From: Marsupella aquatica
Taxonomy: Eukaryota; Plantae; Marchantiophyta
Direction of reading: 5' to 3'
Assembly (NCBI GenBank): GCA_973895155.1
Contig: OZ316896.1
Coordinates: forward strand, 8,763,539-8,827,538
DNA length: 64,000 nucleotides
Shown: positions 31,701-44,697 of the stretch, in pieces
Layout of the letters: each line of letters opens with the position of its first letter
Position numbering within the stretch: the stretch's first letter is position 1
The notes under the pieces: generated by a model
Databases searched by the model: none
Told to the model about the DNA's origin: nothing
The model's input: only the letters and a program-made list of their open reading frames with translations
Made by a program: the position numbers and the translations under genes

Positions 31701-34700
31701 AATTTGCTTCAATGCCTGAGCATTTTACTGAGGACTCATTGGAACTTCTCCTTTTTGCATCGCGAGTCCCGAGGGCATTAGATGGAATGGTTCTGGTGAG
31801 TAGTTTTCTGTTTCTGCCATTTTTAGTCTACTTCTTGTTCCAAAAGTCACCTCATTTTCACTTAAGTATTCAAGTATTCTGAGAATCTGCGGCTTTCAAT
31901 TTCATGCCTGCTATGAAATGACTTAGTCTCTGGGCAACTGAGAAAAGAGAAAAAGGCAGCCTTACTAGAAGTGGATGCTTGGATGGACCCCCGCATCTAA
32001 CCTATGGACTCTGGTCGATGAACCCAACACTTTATTACACCCAAAATTGTCATTCGTACAAAGGAAGGGTGGTATGTGAGGAAAACATATTTTTCCAAGA
32101 CGGTCGATGTTACTTTCTGTTGTCAGTCCAAGCATCTTTTCAAACGTTGTGGTCTCGGGAGCTTCGGTTTCAACCTTATTAAGAGTGTTGCATTGTAAGT
32201 ATCATCTTTAGAAGTACTGCAACTGGTTCACGTTGATGATGCAGGATGAATTCATGAGTTTCATCGTAATGTTCATGGGAAGCCCTCTCCATGTCAAAAA
32301 TCCTTATCTACGGGCCAAAATGGTGGAAGTCTTAAGTGCGTGGATGCCAATGAAAAGGTGACTATCTTCCTATCCTCGTTTGCTGTTTTCGAAGTTCCTC
32401 CGACGAAAACATCTTTGAATGAATGCCTAATTCTGCCATGCTTGATGATGAACAGCTCTTCTTGCAATTTTTAGTGTCTGCGCAGCATGTAATGAATCTG
32501 ATAAGCTGGTGCTTCTCTGTATACCCTTGGAATGGGAAAGGTTCAAATGACGTTGCGGTAGTATTAGGAATCAAAGAGACGTTGCATTCATATGTTACAT
32601 TGAGACGGTAGGATTTCGAAAATGTGTCATTTTCAAGTTTACCTCAAGGAGAGTGATCTGCTTCATATCAGAGACTACCAAGTAAGGTCATTTAGCCTCG
32701 GCAAACCTTCTTTTGCAAGATAAGATCTGAAAGGACCTCATTTGATGAATTGCAGCGATTCAGCTGCGTTAAGAAATTCAATGGCTTCCCTGTTTGAAGG
32801 ACACCAGCTTGCATTGCAGTACCTGGTGCCAAACCTTCTCAAGCTGTATGTGGATATTGAGTTCACCGGTTCTCATACACAGGTATGGAAGGATACTTTA
32901 GTCAAATTATTCGTTCCTTGTGGAAGTCTATGTCACTATTGCACTATCAGAGATGGAATCGATGAAGGATTTGACTTGATGTTGGCATCTCTTTACTGAT
33001 GTTGACATCATCAGTTTCCCATTTGGGCATTTCGTAGGGCTTCGTGTTCAATTATTATTCGAGTCTCTCTTTGTTTGGGAGCTGTAGTACATCATTTCCA
33101 TTTGATCGACGAGGATAAAAGGGAATTGTTCTACGTTGAGAGGTTGAAATTTAGATGCGATTAAAATTTGGCGCTGAAAGTTTCTCTCCCTTTCGGTTTC
33201 TTGTGCAGTTCTATGACAAATTCAATATTCGGCATAATATTGCAGAGCTTCTGGAGTACTTATGGGATGTACCCTCTCATCACAATTGTTGGAAGCAGGT
33301 ACAGTTCTACCTGTAGTGTGCGACAAAGTTCCCCCAGATTGGAGAAGTCTCTAGTAGCTAGTAGAGCCAAGCCGGCGGAAAGAAATTTAGTTAAAAACTC
33401 ATTTCCATACTCTGGCGGTCTGCTTGTTTAGACAAAGTTGGTGGTTAACTCATTCTTAGTTGTTTTACTTTCTTGTGTTTAGCATGCCAGTTTACTGAAT
33501 TATGTCTAATCTTGTCATCATTGATCTTATTGGATAGATTGCTGTCACTGAAGAAAGGGGAGCGTATTTGAAGTTCCTCAATCTCCTGATCAACGACAGT
33601 ATATTTCTTCTGGACGAGAGTTTGAAGAAGATCTCAGAACTTAAAGAGATGGAGGCAGAGATGGAAAACACTGACCAGTGGGAGCGTCGGACTTCCCAGG
33701 AACGACAAGAGAGAACTCGCCTTTTCCATCAACAGGAGAATGTAAGCAGTGCATATGATCCACACTGACTCTTTTGGGACGATTTTGTGCTTGGCATGCT
33801 GGCCAGTGGGCTCCGTTCAATTTCAGGATCTTGGTTGCCTGTTTACAGTTTAATTTTTGGCTATCTCTAGGTTTTAGGTTTGTATTTATTGCTTGGCAAG
33901 GTAGATAAATTAACTCAACGTGGTCTGGGGCAATCAAAAGGTTGTACGAATTGATATGACTTTGGCAAAAGAGGATGTCAAAATGTTGCGATACACTTCT
34001 GCTGAAATAACGGCTCCTTTCCTACTTCCAGAGATGGTAAAGTTTGCTCCCCGTTACCTGTTGGAGTAGATGCCTGAAAGCTTTATTTACAATTGAGTAT
34101 AAGATCGCGTGTTTGATTGAGCTCACTGCTGCTTTTTCTGCCTTAAATCGGGCTCTTATCTGTCGAGCGGACTATCTCACGCTGGACAGCTACATTTAGC
34201 CGATAGGCTTAAATGTCGCAAGCTGCTCTTTTTGGACGTGATTATAAAAAAGCTAGCGACGATAGAGAATCATTGCTTTTCGAGTAGTATCCAGGCACTC
34301 AATCGGGGGCCTCTGGCATGCCTTATCATCAACTAAATTCCTTCATAACTTGGACAGGTGGAAAGAATTGCGTCAATGCTTAACTACTTCTTAATGCAAT
34401 TGGTTGGGCCTCAACGGAGAACTCTAAGACTTAATAATCCTGAGAAATACGAGTTCAATCCAAGAGAGCTATTGTCGCAGGTGCAGTTTCTTCAATTTTG
34501 AACCCGCCCAGTATTTCTTGTTGTTGTGGGAATTAACATGATGGGAACACGGCATGTAGTTCTAGGCAGGTGTATCGATAGTGATAGAAAGTTCCTTGAT
34601 ATTGTCTGTGACATGTCGTCACTTTATCTTATTTTGATTTGCTGTAATTTATTCATTGTGCTCGGCTGAAATAGTTCAGTATTCAGCAAGCTCTAGTTTC

Positions 34701-36575
34701 TGGAAGAATTGTGATTCATATGTGGACTTTAGTCTGTCAGGTTCCATTGTTTTGATATCTCAATGAAGCCTAACTTAGAGTCCGTATGGGCTTGTGATGG
34801 AAGATTATTGACATTTACGTGCATTTGGAGAGAGGAGACATCAACGGAGTATTTCCGAATGCCATATCAAGTGATGCACGATCATTTAGGGAGGAGGTAC
34901 GTACCGAAACTTAGTTTACTCTTCTTCTTCAGACTTGAATTTCTGAGACTTTGTTGGGTAGCCTGTCGAAATGTTAAGGTTTTATCACTTCGAACGGAAC
35001 AATGTGGTCCTCAGTTAGCAAATGCAGGTTGAGTGATCCCCAATTCATTAATGAGAACTGCGGATCTCTGGGGGAAGAGTCGTCAAATGTCCTTAGATAT
35101 CCAACTGACGGGAATTCCCTACAGTCTTGGTGTCCCAACTGTGCCACTGACAGGTCTAGTAGGCTTACCCTTGACGAGCCCCCTATGTTCGTTAGAAGGG
35201 GCTTACTTTTTAGATAAGTTCCAGAGTTAAGATACAGCTGGAAACCCAATGGGTCTTGACACCGTCATGGCGCTTGCAGTTATTCCCCGATGCCGCCGCT
35301 GTCCTCAGGAATTCACCGCTACAATCTGATCAAGTAATTGAGGAGTTTCTTGCTTTAGGTCGAAAATCGAAAATTGCAGCCACTGAAGCTATGGATACCG
35401 AAGCTCTTCTAGGGGACATTCCTGACGAGTTTTTGGACCCCATACAGGTCAGCCTTTTGAATCTCATTCATCTTCTGTTCACCCTTTGTAAATTTTCGTC
35501 AAACTTCCTCTCGACGTCGACCTAAATGCAAAGGCACCTTGCTTTAGAGTCATCTGAATTGCTCCAATATGTAGATATAAAGTTGCCTGCCTTGTTTGAG
35601 GACGGATCCCTAGATGTCTCTACTGAATACCATGGTATGCTCAGCGTAACGCTAATTGCTCGAGTACTGAAACTGAAACTGGTGAATGTGGCAGTATACA
35701 CTGATGACAGATCCTGTCATCCTACCTTCCTCCAATACTACCGTGGATCGATCCACCATACAGAGACATCTCCTCAGCGATCAGGTGTGTACCATGAATT
35801 CATCTACTTGTGCTCAAATGTCATACAGGTCTGAACGGATGCATAGGCCAGAGTTAAAATCACAGAGGTGATCCTAAGTTCATCTAGGATGGATGCTATA
35901 TTGAGTTCCTGAACTAGAAGTGGTTATCACAAAAGACAATTATCTGCTGACACATGAAGCAAGAAAGGAAAAGGGATGAATGTAGTGCATGTTAGTCGAC
36001 TCTGGGACTAGAATAGGCGCCGATTGCTACTCTTAGCTTTTCCGATTGGTAGAATTGTGAACGTTACAATGAATCCATACCTCCCCAACTGACAACGGGA
36101 TTCAGCTTTCAAAGTAGACTGTGTACAGACAAGTAGGAGATTGGAGTAAACTCCTTTTTCGTAAGGAAAACTGTCAAGTCTTTTCCGGACCTCTCGAAAT
36201 CCAGACGTTCGGATCTTTTTGGAAACATTCTACTATATATTGCATTGGGCTTTCAAATATCTCTCTTAAGGCACACTAGGATAAGTGCGGACCGATGTTG
36301 ATGTGGATTTATTATGGATATAAGCTACCCTTTAGTCAAGAATGAACTCACCTACTCTTTATGATCTCATGGAGAAATGGTGGACTGTGCAAAGTAGAAT
36401 TGTTTGTGCTTCAATGAGTTTTAGTGCTTCATAGGTGAATCTTGTTTCTTACACGAAGATTTGATCTTTGCAGACAGATCCTTTCAATCGGTCACTTCTT
36501 ACGCCTGATATGCTGATTCCAAACACTGAGCTGAAGGCTAAGATCGAGGAGTTTCTTTTGGCTCACAAACGATAG
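28797..36575 (+). CDS. UFD2: Ubiquitin conjugation factor E4 (UFD2/PUB1-like U-box protein), ~16 exons
   Basis: Motifs [86 protein letters not shown] and U-box [24 protein letters not shown]...[10 protein letters not shown]. First exon 28797-29644, last 36473-36575. Confidence 0.96.
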
Positions 36576-38514
36576 TATTGATGGATCAGACAACCACCAT
36601 GGAGTGGGCTTCTGTAAATTATTCGGCCCAGAAACAACTGCTCTGAAATCCTAGTGTCCTCCTAAAAGCATAGAACTGGGCTCCAATTTTTTTCACCTTA
36701 GCTGATCATTAGTGGGTACTTCACTGGAGCATGTGGGGTCTTCACATCCTATCCAGACGAAAGGAGCACTGAAGAATTGTAATGTCTAAACGCAGTGAAT
36801 TAAGGCTGTGATTCGTGCGGTTTATTGCCATATTTTGGTCAAGAGTACCTGAAGTCAGCAAGACAGCGGTGGAGCTCTTGGACACTAGATAATTCATGTG
36901 AATAACAGTCGCTGGATATTATTTGGACAGAACTAGACGACTACTCTAAATGGAGTAGACGAGGCCGCTCTAGGTTTTTAGATCTCATGGCTTTTAGAAA
37001 GTTTGGCTGGGCCTTGTATAAAGTGAAGTAAGGGGGATGCCCTGTTTGATGAGCTGGTGTGCCACATGTGAACGAAGATGTCTAGTGTAGTTTGCTCGTC
37101 GCACATATCTGAAATGTACTCTCATGTTGATGCTTGAATGCAATTACAGTAGTTGAAGTTTCCAACTGGACTTTAGGGTTTAGCATCTAGATTGAGAATC
37201 TTTGGCAGATTCATGGTTTTGAGAAAAATACAAGGTGATCTTTGGCTTTTTTTTTCTTCATTTTGTTCCTCTTCCCTCTCGTAACCTATCCGGCATCCCA
37301 CCCCAAACCCTGTATAATCCCTTGCGTATATTCACATACCCTTGAAATATAATACTATAGGTATATGGTGGTAAAGATATAGTGCCTAATGTCTTCCAAT
37401 AGGAAATATAATGACTACTCCCCATAAATTTGTAGCTTAGGTACTCAAACATCAATTATGAAAATTAGATAGTTTTTTTTTACTTATATTATCTTTGTAT
37501 GAAACAAAAGCTTGGATGGACCGAGACATAGTCCTTGCCCATCTCCATGGATTGCGGAGAGCTATTGTTGTTTTTACATCAAAAAGAAAAAAGAACTGGT
37601 CGCAGATCACAGTTGATGACTTTTGATTATCTTGGGAAGAAAGTAGTAAAGACTTCATGATGATTTTGAGTAATGGCATGATATCTTGACATTTTTCGGG
37701 TGGAAGATAATCAAGTTAAGAGTAAATTGATTAGATAATGTAATAGAAATTGGATGCAAATGGTAAGAAATCATTTACAAGTCACATTTCAATCAAAAAT
37801 GTAAACAATATGAACTGAGTCAATCATATATTTTGGGCAAGTCCAACCAAGCTTTGCCAATTCATCTGGGATTCATAGGAAACAGTGGATGTCCACATCT
37901 GTCCACATCCACTGGGGCTTTAGTTTCATCTTTGTATAGCTTGCAAATGTACTACTAAGTTGCGATGATAACCTTGTAATCTGGTCTATTCTATGCTTTT
38001 ATTTTGTATTCCAACCCCTTTAATTTTTTCAATTCCATATTTTTTATTATATATTCTTAATTTCTAATTTATTTGTATTATATGCAGTCCTCCTTTTTTT
38101 AATGAGGATTCCTTGATAAGGTACAACACTCCAAACTCAACCAGGCAACTACAGTAGGATACAATCCAAGGGCAAGTAGGACACAATCCAACCATACATT
38201 GTAACTTATATGTCTATTTGTTTAAGAAAATTACAATCTTTATGGTTTATCGGTCAATATGTGTCACCTAAAGAGAAGCCCCTAAAAATGACACCTAAAA
38301 TTACAAAATTAATTTATTTAGCCTTCAATAAAAAAAAGGTTGTACCTACAAGGTACATCTACCTGTACATTCAACTTATTGTATTTAATTTTCACCCAGA
38401 GAGTACTGTACATTTGTTCACTTCTATGATATGTTTGTTTTCCCTTCATTGTCTTATAATAATTGTTTCAATATTCTTTCTTATAAGTATTGTTTCAATA
38501 TTCTTGAAAATATA

Positions 38515-38693
38515 GAGGGATATGCTTAGTAGACCCCCTTTTGGAAAAAGTTTGCTTAATCAACCCCCTTGATACTTTTCCCCAATCTGGATTGTTAATG
38601 GACCTTTCAATCTCAGATCTGGACCATTGATAGACCTTAGGGAGTCTATCAAATAACAAGTTTCATTTTGGGGGTCTATGAAGCAAATACCTC
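38515..38693. mobile_element. Mutator-like MITE (179 bp)
   Basis: GAGGGATATGCTTAGTAGACCCCC pairs imperfectly with GGGGGTCTATGAAGCAAATACCTC. 9-bp flanks GAAAATATA and AAAAAGATA match 7/9. Confidence 0.6.
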
Positions 38694-40337
38694 AAAAAGA
38701 TATAATAATTTGTGTGTCGTAAACTAGTTACATTAATCAATGCTCTACATAAGGTATACTAAACTTTATTATAAATAAGTTACAATAAGTGTGTCTAAGA
38801 ATGAGCCAACTATATGCAATAACCATGACCAATAGCTCATGGTCACCGACCTGATAAAATAAACTTTCAATGATCTAAAGCCTGGCCTCAACAGTGTAAG
38901 AAGTCAACCCATAACAGAAAGCACTCATGTTTCCAAAAAAGATCAAACTGGCACATTGAAATAAAATAAGGCCATTCTTCATTACCAAAGAGCTAGTTGG
39001 TCATTGACCTGACAAAATCAGCTTTTCAAGTATATTAAAGCCTGGCCTCACACGGAAGATGGTGATCACAGAAAAATAGGCCACTCTTCTATAAAATTGG
39101 TCCCAGCAGTGGCAGAATATCAGGCCCATGTTTCTCTTGACGGCAAATAATTATCCTTGCATGCTATATTATATTACTGAGGTCAGAGATTGCTGACAAG
39201 CTGAACCTCAAGCAAACTGCAATGATGTACAACTAAAAGATATACAGTGACAATTGACAACACTATGCACAATGTTGAAACGCACTTATGGCAAAAGGGT
39301 ACTCGTGAGATAGTGGACCGGCTGAGCTTGGAACAAATAAGAAAAGATCTCCAGCAATTTAGGGGCTGATAGCAGCTAAACCAAATTTCAGTTGAAGAAA
39401 ATGCAGGCCAGGGGATTTGCCCGTTCGCCATCCATGGCAATAGCACCAGTGGTTGACTCGAGTGTATTTTTTAAGGATTTCACTTTTTTTGCCAGAGTGC
39501 CTAATGTAAAGTGTGTGAAAGAGAAAATGCTCAAAAGATTCTTTATTCAATTATTTTCTTGATCATCCAATTTCCTTAGATTTAAGGCTGATAGTTAAAT
39601 TCTGGCTAATGAGGCCTGGGATTAGGTGGAACCCTGGCTAACGAGACAGCAAAAAAGTAGCAAAATTCAGCCAAAAGTGACTAAAGGTTTTTGGGGAAAT
39701 GGAATCTAGCAAAATTTTGCCTCCCTTCCATGACCTCCATCTCTAGCTGATGGAGCGGATGGCATACAAATTGCACATTCGTCAATCAGATTGTACCAGG
39801 AACAAGGCCAGTATGCGATAAATTTCATATGAATGCCAGGATCTAATAGAGTGTGGGGAAAAAGGAGCAATGCATTTGTACATGGAGGTGGATGACGGTA
39901 CTACCTAGCAACTGCCATTCATTAAAAATGTGGCGGCCAGGCTCTTAATATAAGATAGTCGACCACCAAGCATTTGAGAATACTGGGAATCTCTAGACAG
40001 ACATGCCCCATCTTTGACAGTTACGAGCCTGTTTGGCTCTACCGCTGACGATGCTCTAAATGAGTTCAGTACAATGCTCTAAATGAATTCAGTATACCAA
40101 AAGTGATTTATTACAGGTATATAAAGCATGCAAGCAAACATTAAATGTTTGTCATGTCCTATTTGTTTTTCTCATACTAGGAAAAGACACTAAATATAAA
40201 CCACTTGCTACCAAACTTAGTCTCCTGCTTGCTAAACCTTGTGACATTTTTTCAGAAAATCTAATTTTAGGACTCATTCTTTTAGCTAGTGCTGTTTTGC
40301 TGGCCAACTGGCCGGCTGGCCATGTGGAGTCGTATAA

Positions 40338-42115
40338 ATGCACTACAGTTCCAAATTCAACCAAAATAGAAAAGGACACACGGGTGACCTTGCTAACAAT
40401 ACTCTGCAAGTCTGCAGTGTCCAACAAGTAGCGCCTCGATACTTGTACATCAAAATGTGAGAATGTAGGGTATCCTGTAAATAACACTCAATTATTTAAA
40501 TACAACAATCGAGTTTGAGTTTATTGTAGTATGGAGGGAAACATACGCCATATATTGTCATATTTTGATGCACTATCACTGGAATGCCCATTACATCACT
40601 GGAATGCCCATTACAAGGGCAGCACAGTTCCAAATTCAACTAAACTCCAACATCTCGATAATTGTACAATCACCAAACGTGACAATATAGGTATTTTTTT
40701 ATGAATAAAACTCAATGATTTAAATATGGCAACAGATGAGTTTAACATGGTAGAGTGAAACATACCCCGTATCAAGAACCATAATACAATGTCCCCCCTT
40801 GTTATGCAGTGGTACTAATTTGGAGGGACTTTTTGGGTGAAAACAACAGAAACAGCAAAAAGTGGAAGGAATTTAAAAACAAGTGCATTATATTTGGGGC
40901 TTTTTGGGTGAAAAGAAACAAAAACTGCAAAAAATGGAAGAAATAAAAAACAAGGGAATTATATTTGGTGTGAATGAATGTAAATGAAAAAGTAAATGTA
41001 CTCTTCTCCAAACTAGAAGTAAAAATAATTTTTTTCTTTTACCATCCATGTATACAAAGTGCTCTTCCCTCTACTATCCACTTTGTACCATGCTCCTTCC
41101 TCTACCATCCATGCTATATCATGCATGCTACACCATGCAGTGCTCTTCCGTTGACCATCCATCCAATACCATGATCCTCTCTCTACCATCCATGCTATAT
41201 CATCCATGCACATAGGTGCTACAACATTTGGATTGATAGTATTGTCATATTTTGATGCGCTATGGGGGTGCTGCTTACAAATGCAATACAGCACAGTTCC
41301 AAAATCAAGTAAACTCCAACATCTCGAGATGACAATATAGGGTATCCTATAAATAACACTCAATGATTAAGATACAATAATGCACTATTACAGGGGATCC
41401 CGGTTTGGACTTGCCCGGCAAATAGACCCTTCCGAGGCTGTCAACCGGCAAGTCGACACCCGGCCTCTCCCGGTCTCGCTCCCCGGTCCCGGCCCGGCCC
41501 GGCCCGGCCATGACCTCCCGGCCCCATCACCCGGTCTCGTTTCCCTTTTGTTTCCTCCGTCCTGGCCCCGGTCCCCGGTCCTGGCCCGAGCTCATCCCCT
41601 GGCCCCCGGTCCCTGCTCCCACATCTCCTGGCCTGCGGTCCCGGCTCGGACATCCCCCGGCTCCCGGTCCCGGCCTCCCCTCCTCACCCGGCCCTCCTCA
41701 CCCTCCCCTCCCCTCCTCCCACCCGGACCAGGCCCGGCCTGGCCCTTCCCACCCCCGGCTGCTGTTTGGCGGGGGCCGGGAAGGGGCAGGCCGGGTGCAG
41801 GTCGGGGGAGGGGCCGGGCCGGGCTGGTTGCTGGGAAGGGTGGTAGCGTCCGGGACAAGGCCGAGAAGAGTTTGGGCCGGGCCGGGAAAAGTTCAGGGAA
41901 AAAGATGGAATATGCATCAAATAGAGGCATTTTGGTCCGGCAAATACCGAGTTTACGTGCCGTGCAACTCGGCAAGTTGCCCGTCACTTCAAACCGGGCA
42001 GGGGATGCCGCTTACAAATGTCATGGAGCACGTTCCCAATTCAAGTAAACTCCAAATTCAGGTAAACTCCAAATTCAACCAAAAGCAAAACGGAATACAC
42101 AAGGACCTGGCTGAC
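40338..42115. repeat. Degenerate repeat cluster (CACAGTTCCAAATTCAA.TAAACTCCAA / TAGGGTATCCT.TAAATAACACTCAAT units) with an internal CTCTACCATCCATGCTATATCAT sub-array at ~41040-41210
   Basis: Related units at ~40345, ~40622, ~41290 and ~42028. Confidence 0.65.
41399..41998. mobile_element. GC-rich non-autonomous DNA transposon, 600 bp, 8-bp TSD
   Basis: Perfect 9-bp TIR CCCGGTTTG...CAAACCGGG. Perfect direct repeat CAGGGGAT at 41391-41398 and 41999-42006. CCGG-rich interior contrasts with AT-rich flanks. Confidence 0.85.
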
Positions 42116-42694
42116 AAAAACTACTGTTTGTCGTCAGTTATTACTACCATGCCAATAAGTCCTAGCACTGTACCAATAACTTAAAACAGCAGAGCAGATA
42201 TTTACCCCATTGGAGTGGTGGAACTCTGTACAAATTGCACGTCCCTCCCTGGCAACTAATGACTCACTGAATTCCAGCTTTATCAGTCACTCGCGCAGAC
42301 TGATAATTCAGCCCATGCACGCACTCAGATGTGCATAGTACAATGTACTTTGTGATCCTTTTGTTTCTAAATTGACCTAAAATGAAATAAAATGATGGAC
42401 TGAATTTCAGCTTTTTGGCCTTGACAGCTGATAGTAGACACATTCTACTTTGGATTATGCACCATTGTAAATGAGGATACCCAGGGACCAGTAACAGAAA
42501 GGAGAGAGGGTTGGACTAGGATTACAAAGAGGCCAACCAAAGGACAACTAGAAACCAGTATTCTCATCACTACACCCCACCCACACAAACACACACATAA
42601 CCTCCGCATACATCCCTTGCATGTGGAGGGAGCATTGAACCTGGGACTTCATCCGCAGACCTTGTCATGCAATAAAGAGGGAAAGTCATAATGA

Positions 42695-43035
42695 AAATCT
42701 CATCAAATACATAACAAGCTCTTCTAATAAGACAAGATATGGCAGAAGATGCCTTGCCATAGAAAAGGTAGAAGGTGTCTATCTTACTACATTTTGGCAT
42801 TGTGATGAAAATACATAACAAGCTCTTCTAATAAGACAAGATATGGTTAGGCTAGATTAAGATAAAATATATAACAAACCCTTCTAATAAGACAGGATAG
42901 TGCAGAAGCCAGAAGGTGTCCAGCCATATAGCAGGCTCTAATAAGACAAGATAGGGCAGAAGGTGTCCGGCCATATAGCAAGCTCTTCGTCTAATAAGAC
43001 AAGATAAGTTAGAAGGTGTCACTCCATATAGCAGT
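42695..43035. repeat. Tandem degenerate repeat (CAAGCTCTTCTAATAAGACAAGATA..GCAGAAGGTGTC), 5 copies
   Basis: CTAATAAGACA core at ~42724, 42828, 42884, 42938 and 42991. Confidence 0.8.
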
Positions 43036-44697
43036 CCCATCTAACTAAATTCTAGCACACCATGTCCCACTACATTCTTGCACACAATGCACTTCATGCT
43101 AGAGTAATTTACTATATTTTTAATGGCACTGGAAGGAAATCATCAGGGCTCATTCACCGAGGCGGGTTTTCTGGTCAACGTCCAACTAATAAATTTGGGT
43201 CCCCAGGACCTCTCAGTGATTACTTCTTAATTATTTCACATCAGTCCTCATTCATTGAGGTGACTGGATTTTCAGTTTACTCACTACCGTACTTTGGTTC
43301 CTTCCAATTCCAGGGGACTCTCGGGCAATTCGGCTCCTTTGGGCTTCCTGAGACTTTTTCCTTGTGTCTTGCCATAGGTATCTTCGACGCATTTTGTTGT
43401 TCGGTCTCAGTATTTGATTGACTGTCAGTTCCTTGAAACTCAAGGTTTCTTAATATTCATCATGAGTCCTCATTCAGTGTCATGGTATTTTTGTCAGCCT
43501 CCCCTTTCATTTGAGTCGCGCCAGGAATCATGAGTCCTATCTTTGGTTGCGAATCACGTTCCCTGGACAATTGGCCTGACGCCCTGCTGCGGGAGGAAGG
43601 GAGTACTGCTTTCCATGGCTGCAGGCTTACTGAGATTCCTGAGCGGTAGGTGGAAACGTTGCAGGTTTGTCTTCTCTCCATTTTGACAAAGAGAAGGATT
43701 CGTCGCTCTTCTCAGAGTGTGTGGGCCCTGCCTGCGGCGATCCTGTTCAGTTGTGACTGAGCGGTACGTTTGGTGGGGGGGGGGGGGCGGGGAACCTGTA
43801 TGATTCAGGCTCAATCTCAACGTACGGGTGCCTCTAATATCATGAAGTCTTGGAGACAGCACATATCACAGGTGAAGAGTGATCGAGAGAGACGAAGGAT
43901 TCTTTCCAGGACACAGTTCTTGGCCCTCGTCTCGCAGCCATTGGGGCACATTGAGTTGAATGACGACTTATGTTGTACGTGTTGTCCTTGATGGAGCTGG
44001 GACGAATCTGATCGAGTGACTACTAGACCCAATATCATGGCAGCTGAGTCGACAATTGTACATAGAACAATGCCAGAGGTAATGCTGTGAACTTTATACG
44101 TTCGATAGTTGATTGTAACATTCCGTGGACGTAATGCCTGGATGGATATCTGTGGAAGTAATGCCTAGATAAACATCTCTACATTTCAAGCTCAATTGTC
44201 TACGTTGTCTGTAGTCTTCTCAGAATTGAATTGCCTGTGCTGTACTTCAATAACTGTGACTTTAACGAGCATTGGTTGAACTTCAAGGAGCTCTGAGCTA
44301 AATCCTTGCTTGGTCAAATCAAGAGGTTCTTCAGATTCGAGTGAGTACATCGTTTGTCATCTAGTTCAGGACGATTAATCTGGAGTGCTATCTGACCTCG
44401 TCTTTGTCGTGCTCAGAGATGATAGCTAGTAGGATCAAGCTACATTCTTTAATTTAGGACCTTCTAGAGTAAGTTCTAGACCTTCCTGATCCTGAAATTA
44501 ATTGTGTGGGTGGTTATCGCAGGAGAATCAGCTTAGTCGAAGGGACAGCCTGCATTAGAACTTCCAACAGCCTGCAGGCAAATTGATTACATTACTTAGC
44601 TTCATTCAACCTCGTCGTTTGGCCGCAGTGAGGCACGAAGGTGGGGAGTCCCTAGGGGGCAAATTGGGGAAGAACTGCATGATCGAGACCCGCAAGC

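Noticed and set aside
41380-42184. Overlapping 222 and 224 aa Pro/Gly-rich ORFs
   Set aside because: They result from stop-codon scarcity in the GC-rich transposon and cross its boundaries; no domain is recognisable.
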